6,483 nt of DNA. Origin: Candidatus Heimdallarchaeota archaeon (GTDB lineage Archaea; Asgardarchaeota; Heimdallarchaeia; JABLTI01). Below, piece by piece: positions 1-5,366 of this stretch (positions within the stretch are counted from its first letter, which is position 1; each line of letters starts with the position of its first letter). Below the pieces are notes generated by a model that ran no database searches, was not told where the DNA came from, and was given only the letters and a program-made list of their open reading frames with translations. The DNA lies in NCBI GenBank assembly GCA_030614005.1, contig JAUWKS010000110.1, positions 1 to 6,483 of the forward strand. Direction: 5' to 3'. The position numbers were made by a program, and so were the translations under genes.

Positions 1-783
1 ATCTATCAAGTGCACAAAACAAAGGAGTACTACCTTTCAATAATTTATGAGCAAGAAATTCCAGAGTATTACGATAATGGTATTTATCAAACAATAGACC
101 TCGGACTTATTAATATCGTTGCAGCGACGAATAGCCATGCAGGAAAATCGTTTATAATTAAAAATAAACGAGTGGACAAGTACTGGCAAATAAAAATAGA
201 GGAAATACAAAGCAAAAGAGATCATTGTAAAAAATACTCTAATCGATGGCACTGGTTAAATGATAAAATGTGGAAGATGACCAAGAAACAAGCGAACCAG
301 CAAAAAAACTTCCAACACAAAGTAAGCAAAAAGATTGTCGAGAACACCAGAGCAAACACTATAATCATCGGTGACTTGAACGTAAAAGCAATGAGTAAGA
401 GCAAGAAGAACGATAAAAAGAACGATAAGAGCAGACATAGAACCATGCAAAGCAGTGGTTCGATTGGTCGCTTCGCTGGATTCTTAACCTACAAAGCACA
501 GCGAGTAGGTAAGAAAGTAATAAGGATCAGTGAACGAAGAACAACCAAAAGATGCAGTTATTGCTTGACAAAGGAGAACAGAGCACTCTCCGAACGAACT
601 ATTAATTGTGATTGTGGACTAGTAATAGATCGAGACACAAGCAGTGCAGGAACGCAAATGCAACGCTTCCTCGCTCTGCTAGCACTATCACAGAACCGCC
701 TTATGGTCAAGCAACGACTCTTGAAAGATATTCGAGTCTTTCGAGAGAAGTTTTTTAGCGACATACAGCCAAACGTCAAATGA
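1..783 (+). CDS. tnpB: TnpB-family RNA-guided nuclease (IS200/IS605 or IS607 OrfB), 5'-truncated by window edge, rearranged RuvC-II
   Basis: Frame is open from base 1 (IYQVHKTKEYYL...). The GTG at 10 is an internal Val, as shown by alignment to copy 2. Motifs: RuvC-I TIDLG (D at 97-99), RuvC-II IIIGDL (G at 370-372), ISERRTTKRC (E at 532-534), Zn finger CSYC...CDC, RuvC-III DRD (D at 634-636). Confidence 0.95.
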   Translation: MYQVHKTKEYYLSIIYEQEIPEYYDNGIYQTIDLGLINIVAATNSHAGKSFIIKNKRVDKYWQIKIEEIQSKRDHCKKYSNRWHWLNDKMWKMTKKQANQQKNFQHKVSKKIVENTRANTIIIGDLNVKAMSKSKKNDKKNDKSRHRTMQSSGSIGRFAGFLTYKAQRVGKKVIRISERRTTKRCSYCLTKENRALSERTINCDCGLVIDRDTSSAGTQMQRFLALLALSQNRLMVKQRLLKDIRVFREKFFSDIQPNVK

Positions 784-830
784 AAGTTTCTCCCCCTCCA
801 GGGGAGTTGGGCGGACTCGCAGAGAATCAA
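1..830 (+). mobile_element. 3' portion of a tnpB-carrying IS element (IS200/IS605 superfamily-like); right end tentatively at TCAA 827-830
   Basis: tnpB 3' end is followed by GC-rich hairpin CTCCCC-ctcca-GGGGAG (790-806), GCG-gact-CGC (811-820) and TCAA (827-830), a tetranucleotide known as the right-end cleavage site of IS608-type elements. The exact end is uncertain; an alternative lies near 866. Confidence 0.6.
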
Positions 831-850
831 AAGTTAACAGAAATGCTTTA
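640..850 (+). ncRNA. Candidate omega-RNA/reRNA (TnpB guide scaffold plus flank-derived guide)
   Basis: TnpB omega-RNAs are known to overlap the tnpB 3' end and right end. Seen here: hairpin CTTGAA-agata-TTCGAG (720-736), possible long-range GAGTC(734-738)/GACTC(814-818) pairing, hairpin 790-806. Boundaries are inferred. Confidence 0.5.
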
Positions 851-885
851 AGCATCCGTTAACCAAGATAGACCATTAAAGTCTA
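833..885. repeat. Two inverted repeats downstream of tnpB
   Basis: GTTAAC-agaa-ATGCT-tta-AGCAT-cc-GTTAAC (833-863) and TAGAC-cattaaa-GTCTA (869-885). Confidence 0.6.
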
Positions 886-913
886 AGGAAATCTGTATAA
901 TAATTTGATTACT

Positions 914-918
914 GAGGT
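914..918 (+). promoter_or_regulatory. Shine-Dalgarno motif for the M42 peptidase
   Basis: GAGGT 8 nt upstream of the TTG at 927. Confidence 0.6.
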
Positions 919-926
919 TTATTTCT

Positions 927-1994
927 TTGAGCAAGCAAATACTAGAAGATTTGAAAGAATTATCACAAATAGTAGGCGTTTCATCTCGAGAGGAGCGAGT
1001 TGTTGAAGCAATCAAGCAAAAAGTTGAATCTTTAGCAGATGAAACAAGAATAGATAATTTAGGAAATTTAATTGTCACATTGAATGGTACCAAAAAAAAT
1101 GGTCCAGTATTAATGTTAGACGCACATACGGATGAAATTGGCTTAATGGTTAGGCATATCTCAGCTGATGGTTTTATTTATTTTGCCAAAGTTGGTGGAT
1201 TTGTTGATCTTATCTTCCCTAGCCAAACGGTTATCTTTATGCCTGATGACAAAGCACTCCCGCCTGTGTACGGTGTTATCGGTATAAACCCACCACATCT
1301 TATGTCTCCGGAAGCAAGAAAAAAAGTTCCTAGTGCAGATAATTTAGCAGTAGATATTGGTGCTTTTTCGGCAAAAGAAGTTCGAAAATTAGGCATAGAT
1401 GTTGGAACAACTGGAACGCTTGTTGGTGAATTCAAAGAGCTAGCAGGTGACCGTGTTTTAGGGAAAGCTTTTGACGATCGAACAGGATGTGTTGTTTTAA
1501 TTGAAACTCTTCGAAGATTGAGCAAAAACAGACCAGAGGGAACAATTGTTTTTAGCTTTTCATCCGCAGAAGAAGTTGGTGGTCGAGGAGCAACTACAGC
1601 AGCATACTCTATTGAACCTGACATAGCAATTGCTATTGAAAATACTACTGCAGCAGATACTCCTGGTGTTTCAGAACAAGACTGCCCTTGCAAACTTGAA
1701 GGTGGTCCTGCAATTACTGTTGCAGATAAATCATTAATTGTCAATAGTAAATTACTTGACAAACTAAAAGAACTAGCAAATACAAACGACATTCCTTGGC
1801 AATATAAAAAACCAATCTATGGCGGTACAGATGCCGGTAGAATACACATTGTTCGAGCAGGTATACCAGCAGGTGTTGTTTCAGTTCCTTGTCGATACAT
1901 TCACAGTCCGATCAGCATTCTTTCGTTAAAAGATATATCCCGAACCTGTGATTTGATTGAAGCTTTTTCCAAACATTTTCAAGAGTTGCTTTAA
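927..1994 (+). CDS. M42 family (TET/FrvX-like) dinuclear metallo-aminopeptidase
   Basis: Motifs IDNLGNLI, DAHTDEIG, KVGG, GKAFDDRTGC, SAEEVGGRGA, GGTDAG and PCRYIHSP. 355 aa, the usual M42 length. TTG start with SD. Confidence 0.95.
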   Translation: MSKQILEDLKELSQIVGVSSREERVVEAIKQKVESLADETRIDNLGNLIVTLNGTKKNGPVLMLDAHTDEIGLMVRHISADGFIYFAKVGGFVDLIFPSQTVIFMPDDKALPPVYGVIGINPPHLMSPEARKKVPSADNLAVDIGAFSAKEVRKLGIDVGTTGTLVGEFKELAGDRVLGKAFDDRTGCVVLIETLRRLSKNRPEGTIVFSFSSAEEVGGRGATTAAYSIEPDIAIAIENTTAADTPGVSEQDCPCKLEGGPAITVADKSLIVNSKLLDKLKELANTNDIPWQYKKPIYGGTDAGRIHIVRAGIPAGVVSVPCRYIHSPISILSLKDISRTCDLIEAFSKHFQELL

Positions 1995-2119
1995 GCAAGC
2001 AATTCTTAACTTTCATTTTATTTTGCTATAAAAATCATTATGGATTCTTTTAGTTAACTAATAATTTACAATTATTTCAAATTATGGTTCAAAGGTCTTT
2101 AATATGAGTGAAAGATTAA

Positions 2120-2617
2120 TTGTATTTGTACATTGTCAATGGTAGCTTTCAATGGGGATACCATGTTACTCTAACTTCTGAATCCCACAATCTTTGGTTT
2201 GGATGGACAAACGTCATAACAGCGGGAGAACATAAGACTAAAATCGGTGCAATTACTAATGATGGTACTTATGTTTTTCTTTGGCTTGATTCTTGTCGAG
2301 GATATACAATGGGTAGCTGGTCTTCTGGTGAACATAATAATCATTTAGAAATATGGTATTATATCCCTTTGGGGTATCAAATGGCTTGGACACCAGATGG
2401 ACAACCTTCTTACAGGTATGCTTATTGGCAATATGATCATGACGGACATAAGGATTGTGAAGCTGAATGGTTATTTAGCAATTTATTGTTATTTTATCCA
2501 TACAGTGTTACCGTTATCGGAGACGATATCGAGGAATATTTTAATGATACTCTTCATCCAGGTGTATCAGAAATGACTACGCTAACTTATTGGGGCAGTC
2601 ATTCATTCTACATTTAA
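2120..2617 (+). CDS. Hypothetical Trp/Tyr/His-rich protein; start uncertain, possibly 5'-damaged
   Basis: 165-codon open frame in AT-rich DNA with 10 Trp, followed by a T8 tract. The TTG start sits directly after a TAA and has no obvious SD. Confidence 0.6.
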   Translation: MYLYIVNGSFQWGYHVTLTSESHNLWFGWTNVITAGEHKTKIGAITNDGTYVFLWLDSCRGYTMGSWSSGEHNNHLEIWYYIPLGYQMAWTPDGQPSYRYAYWQYDHDGHKDCEAEWLFSNLLLFYPYSVTVIGDDIEEYFNDTLHPGVSEMTTLTYWGSHSFYI

Positions 2618-2637
2618 AATATGTCCTTGTATTTATC

Positions 2638-2645
2638 TTTTTTTT
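2638..2645 (+). terminator. Oligo-T archaeal-type terminator candidate
   Basis: T8 run 20 nt after the stop at 2617. Confidence 0.45.
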
Positions 2646-2717
2646 ACTTCAATGGGTAAAATAACAATAAATTAATAATGAAAAAAAAGAACTATTTAGA
2701 AGAATTAGGTGATTAAT

Positions 2718-3128
2718 ATGAAACGAAAATGTGCTAATTGTGGTGAGAATGTTGATCAAGAGAGTACTACTTGTTCCTCTTGTGGTGAAACCATTCCTCG
2801 AATAAACCAACTTGATACTCATTACCCTTTTCTTTCAACTATATCTTTGGTAATCGGTTGTTTTGAGATTGGTCTTTTTTCCTGGTTTGCAATGTTATTT
2901 GATTTACTCCCATCTTGGTTTGGAGGTCTGCTTAGTTGGATAATATTCAATAGTGTTTTCTTACTTTTCGTTGTTGTTGGAGTTGTCCTGGGAGCGATGA
3001 GTGTTAAAAAAGGAAGAAGAAAAAGAGCTATTATTGGATTAGTTTTCAACTCGATAGGGGTTATTCTACATACTTATCTAACAATTTTCTTTATAGTCCT
3101 TCTCAGTGACCCATATATAAACCTCTAA
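2718..3128 (+). CDS. Zinc-ribbon domain membrane protein (N-terminal CxxC...CxxC plus about 3 TM helices)
   Basis: MKRKCANCGENVDQESTTCSSCGE followed by three hydrophobic segments. AGGTGA (2707-2712) is an SD for ATG 2718, so the GTG at 2709 in the ORF track is probably part of the SD. Confidence 0.8.
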   Translation: MKRKCANCGENVDQESTTCSSCGETIPRINQLDTHYPFLSTISLVIGCFEIGLFSWFAMLFDLLPSWFGGLLSWIIFNSVFLLFVVVGVVLGAMSVKKGRRKRAIIGLVFNSIGVILHTYLTIFFIVLLSDPYINL

Positions 3129-3143
3129 TTTTTTTCTTTTTTT
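3129..3143 (+). terminator. Oligo-T terminator candidate
   Basis: T7-C-T7 immediately after the stop codon at 3128. Confidence 0.55.
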
Positions 3144-3154
3144 AATCAGAAAGT

Positions 3155-3341
3155 CTAATTGAATTCTATATCAAAATAATAAATGAAACCAAATATCATT
3201 AATACTGCTGCAACACAAAAGGACAATATCCCAAAAACAATTGGTGCAGGTGTTTTAGCTTTATTAGTAAAAATACCTAAAGTGAAATCTTATATTAAGT
3301 CAATATTGACTGAGCTTAAAACAAGTCAACAAAATTACCAT
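3155..3341 (-). pseudogene. Possible decayed small membrane-protein gene
   Basis: Minus-strand frame DFTLGIFTNKAKTPAPIVFGILSFCVAAVLMIFGFIYYFDIEFN* has a TM-like stretch but is preceded by an in-frame TAA. Joining it to ATG 3341 (MVILLTCF) needs a frameshift. Confidence 0.3.
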
Positions 3342-3466
3342 TAAATAAAAAGATTCAATATTACCTTTTAATCATATTAACAAACTATCTTCATGAAAAC
3401 AGTATATCATATATAGAAAACTTCGTTAAGGAGAATGAAATTTTTTTTAAAAATTTTCAATAATTA

Positions 3467-3547
3467 TTCGCACTGACGCGTGAGGAATCGCTGTAAGCGA
3501 TGAGTAGCGGCGATGCGAGCACGCCACAAAGCGTGAGCAATTGAGTA
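3467..3547. other. GC-rich multi-hairpin island with five GAGNA motifs (REP/MITE-like or structured ncRNA candidate)
   Basis: 43/70 G+C in 3469-3538 within very AT-rich flanks. Stems 3467-3486, ATCGC/GCGAT (3487-3501), or 8-bp 3487-3494/3507-3514, and CACGC/GCGTG (3520-3535). Confidence 0.65.
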
Positions 3548-3569
3548 TTTATTTTCTAAATTCAACACA

Positions 3570-3743
3570 TTACTTCCTAAGAATAAAAAATTCTCTTACA
3601 AAGTTATTAAGTACTGAATTATGGAATCGATTTGATGTTATATCTATGGCAAAATAATCACCAAGTTCTTCTCTATAAGTTACATTAGACTTGTTGTTCT
3701 CTCCAAGACTCATTATACACCCTCTTTCCTTAAATTGTAAACC
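3570..3743 (-). other. In-frame 57-codon continuation of the LAGLIDADG-HTH ORF beyond its TGA (or a separate 47-aa ORF from ATG 3713)
   Basis: After TGA (3744-3746) the same frame reads GLQFKERGCIMSLGENNKSNVTYREELGDYFAIDITSNRFHNSVLNNFVREFFILRK to TAA at 3570-3572. Confidence 0.55.
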
Positions 3744-5195
3744 TCAAAGTAATTGTATCATTTTTTCATTTGGTCGAGTATCTATTAGACAATGGGAGCT
3801 TCGAGAATGAATGAGTAGTTTTGAATGTTCTTTGAGAATATCTAATAATGAACGATTATAGAATGTGTATATTTTCATTAGATTAGCTATTGGAATTGTT
3901 GTAATATTTAACTCATAAGTTGATAACAATGTTCTCTTTATGTTGACTTCTTTTGCCAAATCTTGTTGAGTGTGATTTTGTAAACGACGCAATTTTCGTA
4001 TTTTCTCACCGAAATTTGATAGACTGAAATATTGCACCAAAAGGAAGTTAAAATACCCAGTTGTCAATTTTTTTTGTTGAACATCTACTACTTGCCCTTT
4101 CCAAACTCCTTGTTTACGTAATGTTGTAGTTTTTCGAGCAAACCGATTAACTCTTCGACTGAGTAAGATTCCTAAATCCTGTTTTTTTTGTGGATGGTTT
4201 GTACCTATGAGTTGTGCAAACTGCTTTCTAGATTCACCTGCAATATTGAGACTAAATGTTGTTCCACCAAAAACTGATTGAGTGTAAAATCGATGTAGGA
4301 TGTTGTGTAGTGTTAAAAAGTTTGAAAAGTCTTTTAGCAGTTGTTTTGAAGCTGTACCAAAACTGATTGTTGATATATAACTCCCATCTGCATCCATCAA
4401 TCCACGCCAAAAAGCAGAGCGAAAAACAGGTTCAGACTGAATAAGAAGCGGTTCACGCAAGTGGGGATATTTTCGTTCATTGATAGGTTGTCTGGAGAGA
4501 AAATTGAAGAATCGAACAATCCATTTGCTAAGCACATTGACATTCCATGCTTGAGCATTTTTTTGAGCAAAAAATTCGATATTTGTTTGAAATATTGTTT
4601 CTAATGATTTAACGAGATTCTCAATATGCTCTTTCGAGCTATCGATTATATTAACAAAATAATTTGCTAAGTGTCCATCTCCCATAATTACTCCTGTAAG
4701 ATACGCTAGCTCTTCAGTGAGCATGAGTGGGAGTTGAAAACCTTCTCCTCGTGCAGATTGAAACTGGATGTACTGTTTTCCTTGAAAGAATGTCTCCCAG
4801 GAGGGAACCAACCGGAATAATGGAAAGGGAAGGCGCTGTTGCTCTTCGATATATGATATAATTCGCTTCTGCCAGTCTCGAATGGATTTTGAAATATTTG
4901 AGCCTAAAAAATAGTGATGTGCTTTCTCCGCATGAGCAAGTGATTGTTTTCGTATCCTTGAAACCCACTCTTGATTTAGTAGTATATAAGGGAAGGATTG
5001 GATAATGCGTTCTCCCGAAATAAAGTCTACTTTACGGAGCATAATTGGATATAATTGTAGTTGTCCTGTTTCTGTTTGGAATTTATCTCCTTGCCTTTTT
5101 TCCAGTAGCTCGTTTGCAGTTAGCCAAGTATTTTGTGCTGCTGGTGTAGGATCAAGTAGTAAAGGATCCGATTCCCAATGCAAGAAGGCAGGCAT
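3744..5195 (-). CDS. Free-standing double-motif LAGLIDADG (DOD-type) endonuclease-like protein fused to an XRE/Cro-type HTH
   Basis: Motif 1 LAYLTGVIMGDG (aa 163-174), motif 2 AFWRGLMDADG (aa 261-271), HTH FGEKIRKLRRLQNHTQQDLAKEVNIKRTLLSTYE (aa ~395-428). AGGAGA SD on the minus strand at 5202-5207. No intein splice-junction residues seen. Confidence 0.88.
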   Translation of the reverse strand: MPAFLHWESDPLLLDPTPAAQNTWLTANELLEKRQGDKFQTETGQLQLYPIMLRKVDFISGERIIQSFPYILLNQEWVSRIRKQSLAHAEKAHHYFLGSNISKSIRDWQKRIISYIEEQQRLPFPLFRLVPSWETFFQGKQYIQFQSARGEGFQLPLMLTEELAYLTGVIMGDGHLANYFVNIIDSSKEHIENLVKSLETIFQTNIEFFAQKNAQAWNVNVLSKWIVRFFNFLSRQPINERKYPHLREPLLIQSEPVFRSAFWRGLMDADGSYISTISFGTASKQLLKDFSNFLTLHNILHRFYTQSVFGGTTFSLNIAGESRKQFAQLIGTNHPQKKQDLGILLSRRVNRFARKTTTLRKQGVWKGQVVDVQQKKLTTGYFNFLLVQYFSLSNFGEKIRKLRRLQNHTQQDLAKEVNIKRTLLSTYELNITTIPIANLMKIYTFYNRSLLDILKEHSKLLIHSRSSHCLIDTRPNEKMIQLL

Positions 5196-5273
5196 CTAGT
5201 ATCTCCTGAAATAATAGTACAGTTTCTCTTTCTTAAAGACCCCTTTGTACAATCGTACAGATTACTAATTGTT

Positions 5274-5331
5274 TAGCTATTCTTTTAAGTAAGCGATTAT
5301 TACTTTCGGTAATCTCATTAGAAAATAGCTA
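5274..5331. repeat. Nested imperfect hairpin in the divergent intergenic region; candidate IS left-end structure
   Basis: Outer stem TAGCTATT(5274-5281)/AATAGCTA(5324-5331); inner ATTAC-tttcg-GTAAT (5299-5313). Confidence 0.45.
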
Positions 5332-5349
5332 TATATCTAGCTTAATATA
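5320..5349 (+). promoter_or_regulatory. Candidate archaeal BRE/TATA promoter for tnpB copy 2
   Basis: Purine-rich AGAAAATAGC, then TATATAT (5330-5336), then TTAATATA (5342-5349), upstream of ATG 5367. Confidence 0.35.
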
Positions 5350-5366
5350 TACTTTACTGAACGAAA

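Noticed and set aside
37-450. Minus-strand ORFs 37-252, 222-446 and 256-450, and the similar 6239-6463
   Set aside because: Antisense shadows of the A-rich, Lys-rich tnpB frames. The similarity of 222-446 to 6239-6463 is fully explained by the tnpB duplication.
1-783. Calling the TnpBs catalytically dead (TldR-like) or Cas12
   Set aside because: A candidate substitute Glu and both Asp residues are present, which fits a rearranged active site better. There is no CRISPR array or cas gene in the window and the size is TnpB-like.
558-1792. Minus-strand ORFs 558-830, 848-1093 and 1178-1792
   Set aside because: Antisense to well-supported tnpB and M42 genes, with no recognisable motifs.
3429-3476. 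13-aa leader peptide MKFFLKIFNNYSH ending in the first hairpin (attenuator idea), plus AT-rich palindrome 3436-3459
   Set aside because: The AGGAG motif is only 1 nt from the ATG, there is no downstream plus-strand gene to regulate, and such palindromes arise easily in AT-rich DNA.
3473-3547. Box C/D sRNA, TIGR-like array, hammerhead ribozyme or CRISPR mini-array reading of the GC island
   Set aside because: CTGA (3473) and GCGATGA (3497) lack a 5' C box and a 3' D box. There is no CUGANGA/GAAA hammerhead core. GAGNA spacing (20, 15, 18, 8) is irregular and far too short for repeat-spacer arrays.
3467-3746. Selenocysteine recoding of the in-frame TGA using the GC island as a 3'-UTR SECIS
   Set aside because: The position is suggestive, but on the mRNA (minus) strand the island has no AUGA/GA core, since the TGA/GA motifs are on the opposite strand. 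The codon is also not in a redox Cys-type context.
3744-5195. Intein or group I intron interpretation of the LAGLIDADG ORF
   Set aside because: No N-terminal Cys/Ser splice block, no terminal His-Asn, no interrupted host gene or rRNA exons, and the gene has its own SD and ATG.
2822-5199. ORFs 2822-3049 (-), 4714-4968 (-) and 5005-5199 (+)
   Set aside because: They overlap better-supported genes on the opposite strand or in another frame and have no motifs.
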